In this document: positions 42,600 to 57,500 of the stretch, in pieces
How positions within the stretch are numbered: the stretch's first letter is position 1
How the letters are laid out: every line of letters begins with the position of its first letter
From: Eledone cirrhosa
Taxonomy: Eukaryota
Length of the DNA stretch: 64,000 bases
Assembly: GCA_964016885.1 (NCBI GenBank)
Contig: OZ024744.1
Coordinates: forward strand, 11,160,001 to 11,224,000
Reading direction: 5' to 3'
Program-made: the position numbers and the translations under genes
The notes under the pieces: generated by a model
The model's database searches: none
Seen by the model: only the letters and a program-made list of their open reading frames with translations
What the model was told of the DNA's origin: nothing

Positions 42600-45500
42600 C
42601 TCCAATATGTCGTGTTGTTGTACTCCAATATGTCGTGTTGTTGTACTCCAATATGTTGTGTTGTTGTACTCCAATATGTTGTGTTGTTGTACTCCAATAT
42701 GTTGTGTTGTTATACTCCAATATGTTATGTTGTTGTACTCCAATATGTCATGTTGTTGTACTCCAATATGTTTTGATGTTGTACTCCAATATGTTGTGTT
42801 GTTGTACTCCAATATGTTTTGATGTTGTAGTCCAATATGTTGTGTTGTTGTACTCCAATATGTTGTGTAGTCGTACTCCAATATGTTGTGTTGTTGTACT
42901 CCAATATGCTGTGATGTTGTACTCCAATATGATGTGCTGTTGTACTCCAATGCGTTGTGTTGTTGTACTCCAATATGCTGTGTTGTTATACTCCAATATG
43001 TTGTGTTGTTGTACTCCAATATGTTGTGTTGTTGTACTCCAATATGTTGTGTTGTTGTAATCCAATATCTTGTGTAGTTATACTCCAATATGTTGTGCTG
43101 TTGTACTCCAATATGTTGAGTTGTTATACTCCAATATGTAGTGTTGTTATACTCCAATATGTTGTGTTGTTGTACTCCAATCTGTTGCGTTATACTCCAA
43201 TATGTTGTGTTGTTATACTCCAATATGTTGTGTTGTTATACTCCAATATGTTGTGTTGTTTTACTCCAATATGTTGTATTGTTGATCTCCAATATGTCAT
43301 ATTATACTCCAATAAGTTGTGTTCTTGTACTCCAATATGTGTTGTTGTTGTACTCCAATATGTTGCGTTGTTGTACTCCAATATATCATGTTGTCATACT
43401 CCAATATGTCATGTTATACTCCAATATGTTTTGATGCTGTACTCCAATATGTTGTGTTGTTGTACTACAATATGTTGTGTTGTTGTACTCCAATATGTTG
43501 TGTTGTTATACTCCAATATGTTGTGCTGTTGTACTCCAATATGTTGTGTTGTTATACTCCAATATGTAGTGTTGTTATACTCCAATATGTTGTGTTGTTG
43601 TATTCCAATCTGTTGTGTTGTTATACTCCAATATATTGTGTTGTTATACTCCAATATGTTGTGTTGTTTTACTCCAATATGTTGTGTTGTTGTACTCCAA
43701 TATGTTGTATTGTTGTTCTCCAATATGTCATGTTATACTCCAATAAGTTGTGTTCTTGTACTCCAATATGTTGTGTTGTTGTACTCCAATATGTTGTGTT
43801 GTTGTACTCCAATATATCATGTTGTCGTACTCCAATATGTCATGTTATATTCCAATATGTCGTTGTTATACTCCAATATGTCATGATGTTGTACTCCAAT
43901 ATGTCGTGTTCTTGTACTCCAATATGTCGTGTTGTCGTACTCCAATATGTTGTGTTGTTGTACTCCAATATGTTGTGCTGTTGTACTCCAATATGTTTGT
44001 TGTTGTACTCCAATATGTTGTGTTGTTATACTCCAATATGTTGTGTTGTTGTACTCCAATATTTCGTGTTGTTGTACTCCAATACGTCGTGTTGTACTCC
44101 AATATGTTGTGTTGTTATACTCCAATATGTTATGTTGTTGTACTCCAATGTGTCTTGTTGTTGTACTCCAATATGTTTTGATGTTGTACTCCAATATGTT
44201 GTGTTGTTGTACTCCAATATGTTTTGATGTTGTACTCCAATATGTTGTGTTGTTGTACTCCAATATGTTGTGTAGTCGTATTCCAATATGTTGTGTTGTT
44301 GTACTCTAATATGTTTTGTTGTTATTCTCCAATATGTTGTGATGTTGTACTCCAATGCGTTGTGTTGTTGTACTCCAATGTGATGTGTTGTTGTACTCCA
44401 ATATGTTGTGCTGTTGTACTCCAATATTTTTTTGTTTTTTGTACTCCAATATGTTGTGTTGTTATACTCCAATATGTTGTGTTGTTATACTCCAATATGG
44501 TGTGTTGTTGTACTCCAATATGTTGTATTGTTTTCTCCAATATGTCATGTTATACTCCAATATGGTGTGTTCGTGTACTCCAATATGTTGTGTTATTGTA
44601 CTCCAATATGTTGCGTTGTTGTACTCCAATATGTTGTGTTGTTATACTCCAATATGTCATGTGGCTGTACTCCAATATGTCATGTTGTTGTACTCCAATA
44701 TGTCTTGTTATAGTCCAATATGTCGTGTTGTTGTACTCCAATATATCATGTAGTTGTACTCCAATATTTCGTGTTGTTGTACCCCAATATGTAGTGTTGT
44801 TTATACTCCAATATGTTTTGCTGTTGTACTCCAATATGTTGTGTTGCTGTACTCCTATATGTTGTGTTGTTATTCTCCAATATGTTGTGCTGTTGTACTC
44901 CAATGTGTTGTGTTGTTATACTCCAATGTGTTGTGTTGTTATACTCCAATATGTTGTGTTGTTGTAGTCCAATATGTTGTGTTGTCGTACTCCAATATGT
45001 TGTGTTGTTATACTCCAATATTTCGTGTGGTTGTACTCCAGTATGTCATGGTGTTGTACTTCAATATGTCGTGTTGTTGTACTCCAATATGTTGTCTTGT
45101 TGTACTCCAATCTGTTGTATTGTTGTACTTCAATATGTTCGGTTGTTGTACTCCAATATATTGTGTTGTTGTACTCCAATATGTTGTGTTGTTGTACTCC
45201 AATATGCTGTGTTGTTGTACTCCAATATGTTGTGTTGTTGTACTCCAATATGTTGTGTTGTTGTACTCCAATATCTTGTGTTCTTATACTCCAATATGTT
45301 GTGTTGTTATACTCCAATATATTGTGTTGTTGTACTCCAATATGTTGTGCTGTTGTACTCCAATATGATGTGCTGTTGTACTCCAATATGTTGTGTTGTT
45401 GTACTCCAATGTGTTGTGTTGTTGTACTCCAATATGTTGTGCCGTTGTACTCCAATATTTTTTTGTTTTTGTACTCCAAAATGTTGTGTTGTTATACTCC

Positions 45501-48500
45501 AATATGTTGTGTTGGTGTACTCCAATATGGTGTGCTGTTGTACTCCAAATCTCGTGTTGTTATACTCCAGTGTGTTGTGTTGTTATACTCCAATATGGTG
45601 TGTTGTTGAACTCCAATATGTTGTATTGTTTTTCTCCAATATGTCATGTTATACTCCAATATGTCGTGTTGCTGTACTCCAATATGTCATGCTGTTGTAC
45701 TCCAATATGTTTTGCTGTTGTACTCCACCGTGTTGTGTTGTTGAACTCCAATACGTTGTGTTGTTGTTCTCCAATATTTTGTGCTGTTGTACTCCAATTT
45801 GTGTTGTTGTACTCCAATATGTTGTGTTGTTGTACTCCAATATGTTGTGTTGTTGTACTCCAATATGTTGTGTTGTTATACTCCAATATGTTGTGCTGTT
45901 GTACTCCAATATTTCGTGTTGTTGTACTCCAATACGTCGTGTTGTTGTACTCCAATATGTTTTGATGTTGTACTCAAATATGTTGTGTTGTACTCCAATA
46001 TGTTTTGATGTTGTACTCCAATATGTTGTGTTGTTGTACTCCAATATGTTGTGTAGTCTTACTCCAATATGTTGTGTTGTTGTACTCCAATATGCTGTGA
46101 TGTTGTACTCCAATATGATGTGATGTTGTACTCCAATGCGTTGTGTTGTTGTACTCCAATGTGATGTGTTGTTGTACTCCAATATGTTGTGCCATTGTAC
46201 TCCAATATTTTTTATATTTGTACTCCAATATGTTGTGTTGTTATACTCCAATATGTTGTGCTGTTGTACTCCAAATCTCGTGTTGTTATACTCCAATGTG
46301 TTGTGTTGTTATACTCCAATATGGTGTGTTGTTGTAGTCCAATATGTTGTATTGTTTTTTTCCAATGTGTCATGTTATACTCCAATATGTTGTGTTCGTG
46401 TACTCCAATATGTTGTGTTATTGTACTCCAATATGTTGCGTTGTTGTACTCCAATATGTTGTGTTGTTATACTCCAATATGTTGTGTTGTTGTACTGCAA
46501 TATGTTGTCTTGTTGTACTCCAAAAGGCCATGTTATCGTACTCCAATATGTCTTGTTATACTCCAATATGTCGTGTGGCTGTACTCCAATATGTCATGTT
46601 GTTGTACTCCAATATGTCTTGTTATAGTCCAATATGTCGTGTTGTTGTACTCCAATATGTCATGTAGTTGTATTCCAATATTTCGTGTTGTTGTACCCCA
46701 ATATGTCGTGTTGTTTATACTCCAATATGTTTTGCTGTTGTACTCCAATATGTTGTGTTGCTGTATTCCAATATGTTGTGTTGTTATTCTCCAATATGTT
46801 GTGCTGTTGTACTCCAATGTGTTATGTTGTTATACTGCAATATGTTGTGCTGTGCTACTCCAATATATTGTGTTGTTGTACTCCAATGTGTTGTGTTGTT
46901 ATACTCCAATATGTTGTGTTGATTTACTCCAATATGTTGTGTTGTTGTACTCCAATCTGTTGTGTTGTTATACTCCAATATGTTGTGTTGTTATACTCCA
47001 ATATGTTGTGTTGTTTTACTCCAATATGTTGTGTTGTTGTACTCCAATATGTTGTGTTGTTGTACTCCAATATGTTGTGTTGTTGTGATCCAATATCTTG
47101 TGTTGTTATACTCCAATATGTTGTGTTGTTGTACTCCAATATGTTGTGTTGTTATACTCCAATATGTTGTGTTGTGATACTCCAATATGTTGTGCTGTTG
47201 TACTCCAATATGTTGTGTTGTTATACTCCAATATGTTGTGTTGTTTTACTCCAATATGTTGTGTTGTTGTACTCCAATATGTTGTATTGTTGTTCTCCAA
47301 TATGTCATGTTATACTCCAATAAGTTGTGTTCTTGTACTCCAATATGTTGTGTTGTTGTACTCCAATATATCATGTTGTCGTACTCCAATATGTCATGTT
47401 ATACTCCAATATGTCGTTGTTATACTCCAATATGTCATGTTGTTGTACTCCAATATGTCGTATTGTTATACTCCAATATGTTTTGATGTTGTACTCCAAT
47501 ATGTTGTGTAGTCGTACTCCAATATGTTGTATTGTTATACTCCATTATGTTGTGCTGTTGTACTCCAATATGTTCTGTTGTTGTACTCCAATATATTGTG
47601 TTGTTGTACTCCAATATGTCGTGTTGTTGTACTCCAATATGTTGTGTTGTTATACTCCAATATGTAGTGTTGTTATACTCCAATATGTTGTGTTGTTGTA
47701 CTCCAATCTGTTGTGTTATACTCCAATATGTTGTGTTGTTGTACTCCAATATGTTGTATTGTTGTTCTCCAATATGTCATGCTATACTCCAATAAGTTGT
47801 GTTCTTGTACTCCAATATGTTTTGTTGTTGTACTCCAATATGTTGTGTTGTTGTACTCCAATATATCATGTTGTCGTACTCCAATATGTCATGTTATACT
47901 CCAATATGTCGTTGTTATACTCCAATATGTCATGTTGCTGTACTCCAACATGTCGTGTTGTAGTACTCCAATATGTTTTGATGTTGTACTCCAATATGTT
48001 GTGTTGTTGTACTCCAATATGTTGTGTTGTTGTACTCCAATATGTTGTGTTGTTATACTCCAATATGTTGTGCTGTTGTACTCCAATATGTCATGTTGTT
48101 GTACTCCGATATTTCGTGTTGTTCTACTCCAATATTTCGTGTTGTTGTACTCCAATATCTCGTGGTGTTGTACTCCAATATGTTTTGATGTTGTACTCCA
48201 ATATGTCGTGTTGTTGTACTCCAATATGTTGTGTTGTTGTACTCCAATATGCTGTGTTGTTATACTCCTATATGTTGTGCTGTTGTACTTCAATATGTTG
48301 TGTTCTACTCCAATATGTTGTGTTGTTCTACTCCAATATGTTGTGTTGTTGTACTCCAATATGTGATGTTGTTGTACTCCAATATGTCGTATTGTTGTAC
48401 TCCAATATATTGTGTTGTTATACTCCAATATTTCGTGTTGTTTTAGTCCAATATGTCATGTTGTTTTACTCCAATATTTCGTGTTGTTGTACTCCAATAT

Positions 48501-51500
48501 GTCATGGTGTTGTACTTCAATATGTCGTATTGTTGTACTCAAATATGTTGTGTTGTTGTTCTCCAATATGTCGTGTTGTTATACTCCAATATGTTATGAT
48601 GTTGTACTCCAATATATTGTGTTGTTGTACTCCAATATGTTGTGTTGTTGTACTCCAATATGTTGTTGTACTCCAATATGTCATGTTGTTGTACTCCAAT
48701 ATTTCGTGTTGTTGTACTCCAATATGTCATAGGGGTTGTACTCCAATATGGTTTGTTGTTGTACTCCAATATGCTGTGTTGCTGTACTCCAATAGGTTGT
48801 GTTGTTGTACTCCAATATGCTGTGTTGGCTGTGCTCCAATACGTTGTGTTGTTGTACTCCAATATGTTGTGCTGCTGTACTCCAATATGTTGTGTTGTTG
48901 TACTCCAATATGTTGTGTTGTTGTACTCCAATATGTTGTGTTGTTGTACTCCAATCTATATCGCTGTTGTACTCCAATATGTTGTGTTGTTGTACTCCAA
49001 TATGTTGTGTTGTTGTACTCCAAAATATTGTGTTGTTATACTCCAATATGTTGTGTTGTTATACTCCAATATGTTGTGCTGTTATACTCCAATATGTTGT
49101 GTTGTTGTACTCCAATATGTTGTGCTGTTATACTCCAATACTTTGTGTTGTTATACTCCAATATGTGGTATTGTTGTACTCCAATATGTTGTGCTGTTGT
49201 CCTCCAATATGTTGTGTTGTTATACTCCAATATGTTGTGTTGTTATACTCGAATATTTTGTGTTGTTATACTCGAATATCTTGTGTTGTTATACTCGAAT
49301 ATGTTGTGCTGTTGTACTCCAATATGTCGTGTTGTTGTACTCCAATATATCATGTAGTTGTACTCCAATATTTCGTGTTGTTGTACCCCAATATGTAGTG
49401 TTGTTTATACTCCAATATGTTTTGCTGTTGTACTCCAATATGATGTGCTGTTGTACTCCAATATGTTGTATTGTTGTTCTCCAATATGTCATGTTATACT
49501 CCAATAAGTTGTGTTCTTGTACTCCAATATGTTGTGTTGTTGTACTCCAATATATCATGTTGTCGTACTCCAATATGTCATGTTATACTCCAATATGTCA
49601 TTGTTGTACTCCAATATGTCGTGTTGTTGTACTCCAATATGTCGTGTTGTTGTACTCCAATATGCTGTGTTGTTATACTCCAATATGTTGTGTTGTTGTA
49701 CTCCAATATGTTGTGTTGTTATACTCCAATATGTTGTGTTGTTGTACTCCAATATGTCATGTTGTTGTACTCCAATATGTTGCGTTGTTGTACTCCAATA
49801 TATCATGTTGTCGTACTCCAATATGTTTTGATGTTGTACTCCAATATGTTGTGTTGTTGTACTCCAATATGTTGTGTAGTCGTACTCCAATATGTTGTGT
49901 TGTTGTACTCCAATATGCTGTGATGTTGTACTCCAATATGATGTGCTGTTGTACTCCAATGCGTTGTGTTGTTGTACTCCAATATGCTGTGTTGTTATAC
50001 TCCAATATGTTGTGTTGTTATACTCCAATCTGTTGTGTTGTTATACTCCAATATATTGTGTTGTTACACTCCAATATGTTGTGTTGTTTTACTCCAATAT
50101 CTTGTATTGTTGTTCTCCAATATGTCATGTTATACTCCAATAAGTTGTGTTCTTGTACTCCAATATGTTGTGTTGTTGTACTCCAATATGTTGTGTTGTT
50201 GTACTCCAATATATCATGTTGTCGTACTCCAATATGTCATGTTATACTCCAATGTGTCATTGTTGTACTCCAATATGTCGTGTTGTTGTACTCCAATATG
50301 TCGTGTTGTTGTACTCCAATATGTTGTGTTGTTGTACTCCAATATGTTGTGTTGTTGTACTCCAATATGTTGTGTTGTTATACTCCAATATGTTATGTTG
50401 TTGTACTCCAATATGTCATGTTGTTGTACTCCAATATGTTTTGATGTTGTACTCCAATATGTCGTGTTGTTATACTCCAATATGTTATGATGTTGTACTC
50501 CAATATATTGTGTTGTTGTACTCCAATATGTTGTGTTGCTGTACTCCAATATGTTGTGTCGTTGTACTCCAATACGCTGTGTTGTTGTACTCCAATATGT
50601 TGTGTTGTTGTACTCCAATATGTTGTTGTACTCCAATATGCCATGTTGTCGTACTCCAATATTTCGTGTTGTTGTACTCCAATATGTCATGGTGTTGTAC
50701 TCCAATATGTTGTGTTGTTGTACTCCAATATGTTGTGTTGTTGTACTCCAATATGTTGTGTTGTTGTACTCCAATATGTTGTGTTGTTGTACTCCAATAT
50801 GTTGTGTTGTTGTACTCCAATATGTTGTGTTGTTGTACTCCAATATGCCATGTTGTTATACTCCAATATGTGGTGGTGTTGTACTCCAATATGTCATGTT
50901 GTTGTACTCCAATATTTCGTGTTGTTGTACTCCAATATTTCATAGGGGCTGTACTCCAATATGCTGTGTTGCTGTACTCCAATAGGTTGTGTTGTTGTAC
51001 TCCAATATGCTGTGTTGGCTGTGCTCCAATACGTTGTGTTGTTGTACTCCAATATTTTGTGCTGCTGTACTCCAATATGTTGTGTTGTTGTACTCCAATA
51101 TGTTGTGTTGTTGTACTCCAATATGTTGTGTTGTTGTACTCCAATCTATATCGCTGTTGTACTCCAATATGTTGTGTTGTTGTACTCCAATATGTTGTGC
51201 TGTTGTACTCCAATATGTTGTGCTGTTGTGCTCCAATATTTTGTGCTGTTACACTCCAATATATTGTGTTGTTATAATCCAATATGTTGTGTTGTTGTAC
51301 TCCAAAATATTGTGTTGTTATACTCCAATATGTTGTGTTGTTATACTCCAATAAGTTGTGCTGTTATACTCCAATATGTTGTGTTGTTGTACTCCAATAT
51401 GTTGTGCTGTTATACTCCAATATTTTGTGTTGTTATACTCCAATATGTGGTATTGTTGTACTCCAATATGTTGTGCTGTTGTACTCCAATATGTTGTGTT

Positions 51501-54500
51501 GTTATACTCCAACATGTTGTGTTGTTATACTCCAATATGTTGTGTTGTTATACTCGAATATGTTGTGTTGTTATACTCGAATATCTTGTGTTGTTATACT
51601 CGAATATGTTGTGCTGTTGTACTCCAATATGTCGTGTTGTTGTACTCCAATATATCATGTAGTTGTACTCCAATATTTCGTGTTGTTGTACCCCAATATG
51701 TAGTGTTGTTTATACTCCAATATGTTTTGCTGTTGTACTCCAATATGTTGTGTTGCTGTACTCCTATATGTTGTGTTGTTATTCTCCAATATGTTGTGCT
51801 GTTGTACTCCAATGTGTTGTGTTGTTATACTCCAATATGTTGTGTTGATTTACTCCAATATGTTGTGTTGTTGTACTCCAATCTGTTGTGTTGTTATACT
51901 CCAATGTGTTGTGTTGTTATACTCCAATATGTTGTGTTGTTGTAGTCCAATATGTTGTGTTGTCGTACTCCAATATGCTGTGTTGTTATACTCCAATATT
52001 TCGTGTGGTTGTACTCCAATTTGTCATGGTGTTGTACTTCAATGTGTCGTGTTGTTGTACTCCAATATGTTGTCTTGCTGTACTCCAATATGTTGTGTTG
52101 TTGTACTCCAATATCTTGTGTTCTTATACTCCAATATGTTGTGTTGTTATACTCCAATATGTTGTGTTGTTGTACTCCAATATGTTGTGCTGTTTTACTC
52201 CAATATGTTGTGTTGTTGTACTCCAATATGTTGTATTGTTTTTCTCCAATATGTCATGTTATACTCCAATAAGTTGTGTTCTTGTACTCCAATATGTTGT
52301 GTTGTTGTACTCCAATATATCATGTTGTCGTACTCCAATATGTCATGTTATACTCCAATATGTCATTGTTGTACTCCAATATGTCGTGTTGTTGTACTCC
52401 AATATGTTGTGTTGATTTACTCCAATATGTTGTGTTGTTGTACTCCAATCTGTTGTGTTGTTATACTCCAATATGTTGTGTTGTTATACTCCAATATGTT
52501 GTGTTGTTTTACTCCAATATGTTGTGTTGTTGTACTCCAATATCTTGTGTTGTTATACTCCAATATGTTGTGTTGTTGTACTCCAATATGTTGTGTTGTT
52601 ATACTCCAATATGTTGTGTTGTGATACTCCAATATGTTGTGCTGTTGTACTCCAATATGTTGTGTTGTTATACTCCAATATGTTGTGTTGTTTTACTCCA
52701 ATATGTTGTGTTGTTGTACTCCAATATGTTGTATTGTTGTTCTCCAATATGTCATGTTATACTCCAATAAGTTGTGTTCTTGTACTCCAATATGTTGTGT
52801 TGTTGTACTCCAATATATCATGTTGTCGTACTCCAATATGTCATGTTATACTCCAATATGTCGTTGTTATACTCCAATATGTCATGTTGTTGTACTCCAA
52901 TATGTCGTATTGTTATACTCCAATATGTTTTGATGTTGTACTCCAATATGTTGTGTAGTCGTACTCCAATATGTTGTATTGTTATACTCCATTATGTTGT
53001 GCTGTTGTACTCCAATATGTTCTGTTGTTGTACTCCAATATATTGTGTTGTTGTACTCCAATATGTCGTGTTGTTGTACTCCAATATGTCGTGTTGTTGT
53101 ACTCCAATATGTTGTGTTGTTGTACTCCAATATGTTGTGTTGTTGTACTCCAATATGTTGTATTGTTATACTCCAATATGTTATGTTGTTGTACTCCAAT
53201 ATGTCATGTTGTTGTACTCCAATATGTTTTGATGTTGTACTCCAATATGTTGTGTTGTTGTACTCCAATATGTTTTGATGTTGTACTCCAATATGTTGTG
53301 TTGTTGTACTCCAATATGCTGTGTAGTCGTACTCCAATATGTTGTGTTGTTGTACTCCAATATGCTGTGATGTTGTACTCCAATATGATGTGCTGTTGTA
53401 CTCCAATGCGTTGTGTTGTTGTACTCCAATATGCTGCGTTGTTATACTCCAATATGTTGTGTTGTTGTACTCCAATATGTTGTGTTGTTGTACTCCAATA
53501 TGTTGTGTTGTTGTAATCCAATATCTTGTGTTGTTATACTCCAATATGTTGTGCTGTTGTACTCCAATATGTTGAGTTGTTATACTCCAATATGTAGTGT
53601 TGTTATACTCCAATATGTTGTGTTGTTGTACTCCAATCTGTTGCGTTATACTCCAATATGTTGTGTTGTTATACTCCAATATGTTGTGTTGTTATACTCC
53701 AATATGTTGTGTTGCTTTACTCCAATATGTTGTATTGTTGATCTCCAATATGTCATATTATACTCCAATAAGTTGTGTTCTTGTACTCCAATATGTGTTG
53801 TTGTTGTACTCCAATATGTTGCGTTGTTGTACTCCAATATATCATGTTGTCGTACTCCAATATGTCATGTTATACTCCAATATGTTTTGATGCTGTACTC
53901 CAATATGTTGTGTTGTTGTACTACAATATGTTGTGTTGTTGTACTCCAATATGTTGTGTTGTTATACTCCAATATGGTGTGCTGTTGTACTCCAATATGT
54001 TGTGTTGTTATACTCCAATATGTAGTGTTGTTATACTCCAATATGTTGTGTTGTTGTACTCCAATCTGTTGTGTTGTTATACTCCAATATATTGTGTTGT
54101 TATACTCCAATATGTTGTGTTGTTTTACTCCAATATGTTGTGTTGTTGTACTCCAATATGTTGTGTTCTTGTACTCCAATATGTCGTGTTGTCGTACTCC
54201 AATATGTTGTGTTGTTGTACTCCAATATGTTGTGCTGTTGTACTCCAATATGTTGTGTTGTTGTACTCCAATATGTTGTGTTGTTATACTCCAATATGTT
54301 GTGCTGTTGTACTCCAATATTCCGTGTTGTTGTACTCCAATACGTCGTGTTGTACTCCAATATGTTGTGTTGTTATACTCCAATATGTTATGTTGTTGTA
54401 CTCCAATGTGTCTTGTTGTTGTACTCCAATATGTTTTGATGTTGTACTCCAATATGTTTTGTTGTTATTCTCCAATATGTTGTGATGTTGTACTCCAATG

Positions 54501-57500
54501 TGATGTGTTGTTGTACTCCAATATGTTGTGCTGTTGTACTCCAATATTTTTTGTTTTTTGTACTCCAATATGTTGTGTTGTTATACACCAATATGTTGTG
54601 TTGTTATACTCCAATATGGTGTGTTGTTGTACTCCAATATGTTGTATTGTTTTCTCCAATATGTCATGTTATACTCCAATATGGTGTGTTCGTGTACTCC
54701 AATATGTTGTGTTATTGTACTCCAATATGTTGCGTTGTTGTACTCCAATATGTTGTGTTGTTATACTCCAATATGTCGTGTGGCTGTACTCCAATATGTC
54801 ATGTTGTTGTACTCCAATATGTCTTGTTATAGTCCAATATGTCGTGTTGTTGTACTCCAATATATCATGTAGTTGTACTCCAATATTTCGTGTTGTTGTA
54901 CCCCAATATGTAGTGTTGTTTATACTCCAATATGTTTTGCTGTTGTACTCCAATATGTTGTGTTGCTGTACTCCTATATGTTGTGTTGTTATTCTCCAAT
55001 ATGTTGTGCTGTTGTACTCCAATGTGTTGTGTTGTTATACTCCAATGTGTTGTGTTGTTATACTCCAATATGTTGTGTTGTTGTAGTCCAATATGTTGTG
55101 TTGTTATACTCCAATATTTCGTGTGGTTGTACTCCAATATGTCATGGTGTTGTACTTCAATATGTCGTGTTGTTGTACTCCAATATGTTGTCTTGTTGTA
55201 CTCCAATCTGTTGTATTGTTGTACTTCAATATGTTCTGTTCATGTACTCCAATATATTGTGTTGTTGTACTCCAATATGTTGTGTTGTTGTACTCCAATA
55301 TGTTGTGCTTTTGTACTCCAATATGTTTTGCTGTTGTACTCCACTGTGTTGTGTTGTTGAACTCCAATATGTTGTGTTGTTGTTCTCCAATATTTTGTGC
55401 TGTTGTACTCCAATGTGTTGTGTTGTTATACTCCAATATGTTGTGTTGTGATACTCCAATGTGTTGTGTTGTTGTACTCCAATATGTTGTGTTGTTGTAC
55501 TCCAATATGTTGTGTTGTTATACACCAATGTGGTGTGCTGTTGTAATCCAATATGTTATGTTGTACTCCAATATGTTGTGTTGTTATACTCCAATATGTA
55601 GTGTTGTTATACTCCAATATGTTGTGTTGTTGTACTCCAATCTGTTGTGTTATACTCCAATATGTTGTGTTGTTATACTCCAATATGTTGTGTTGTTATA
55701 CTCCAATATGGTGTGTTGTTGTACTCCAATATGTTGTATTGTTTTCTCCAATATGTCATGTTATACTCCAATATGGTGTGTTCGTGTACTTCAATATGTT
55801 GTGTTATTGTACTCCAATATGTTGCGTTGTTGTACTCCAATATGTTGTGTTGTTATACTCCAATATGTCGTGTGGCTGTACTCCAATATGTCATGTTGTT
55901 GTACTCCAATATGTCTTGTTATAGTCCAATATGTCGTGTTGTTGTACTCCAATATATCATGTAGTTGTACTCCAATATTTCGTGTTGTTGTACCCCAATA
56001 TGTAGTGTTGTTTATACTCCAATATGTTTTGCTGTTGTACTCCAATATGTTGTGTTGCTGTACTCCTATATGTTGTGTTGTTATTCTCCAATATGTTGTG
56101 CTGTTGTACTCCAATGTGTTGTGTTGTTATACTCCAATGTGTTGTGTTGTTATACTCCAATATGTTGTGTTGTTGTAGTCCAATATGTTGTGTTGTCGTA
56201 CTCCAATATGTTGTGTTGTTATACTCCAATATTTCGTGTGGTTGTACTCCAATATGTCATGGTGTTGTACTTCAATATGTCGTGTTGTTGTACTCCAATA
56301 TGTTGTCTTGTTGTACTCCAATCTGTTGTATTGTTGTACTTCAATATGTTCTGTTGTTGTACTCCAATATATTGTGTTGTTGTACTCCAATATGTTGTGT
56401 TGTTGTACTCCAATATGCTGTGTTGTTGTACTCCAATATGTTGTGTTGTTGTACTCCAATATGTTGAGTTGTTGTAGTCCAATATCTTGTGTTCTTATAC
56501 TCCAATATGTTGTGTTGTTATACTCCTATATGTTGTGTTGTTGTACTCCAATATGTTGTGCTGTTGTACTCCAATATGATGTGCTGTTGTACTCCAATAT
56601 GTTGTGTTGTTGTACTCCAATGTGTTGTGTTGTTGTACTCCAATATGTTGTGCCGTTGTACTCCAATATTTTTTTTGTTTTTGTACTCCAAAATATTGTG
56701 TTGTTATACTCCAATATGTTGTGTTGGTGTACTCCAATATGGTGTGCTGTTGTACTCCAAATCTCGTGTTGTTATACTCCAATGTGTTGTGTTGTTATAC
56801 TCCAATATGGTGTGTTGTTGAACTCCAATATGTTGTATTGTTTTTCTCCAATATGTCATGTTATACTCCAATATGTTGTGTTCATGTACTCCAATATGTT
56901 GTGTTATTGTACTCCAATATGTTGCGTTGTTGTACTCCAATATGTTGTGTTGTTATACTCCAATATGTTGTGTTGTTGTACTCCAATATGTCATGTTGTT
57001 GTACTCCAGTATGTCTTGTTATACTCCAATATGTCGTGTTGCTGTACTCCAATATGTCATGCTGTTGTACTCCAATATTTCGTGTCGTTGTACGCCAATA
57101 TGTTGTGCTTTTGTACTCCAATATGTTTTGCTGTTGTACTCCACTGTGTTGTGTTGTTGAACTCCAATATGTTGTGTTGTTGTTCTCCAATATTTTGTGC
57201 TGTTGTACTCCAATTTGTGTTGTTGTACTCCAATATGTTGTGTTGTTGTACTCCAATATGTTGTGTTGTTGTACTCCAATATGTTGTGTTGTTATACTCC
57301 AATATGTTGTGCTGTTGTACTCCAATATTTCGTGTTGTTGTACTCCAATACGTCGTGTTGTTGTACTCCAATATGTTTTGATGTTGTACTCAAATATGTT
57401 GTGTTGTTGTACTCCAATATGTTTTGATGTTGTACTCCAATATGTTGTGTTGTTGTACTCCAATATGTTGTGTAGTCTTACTCCAATATGTTGTGTTGTT

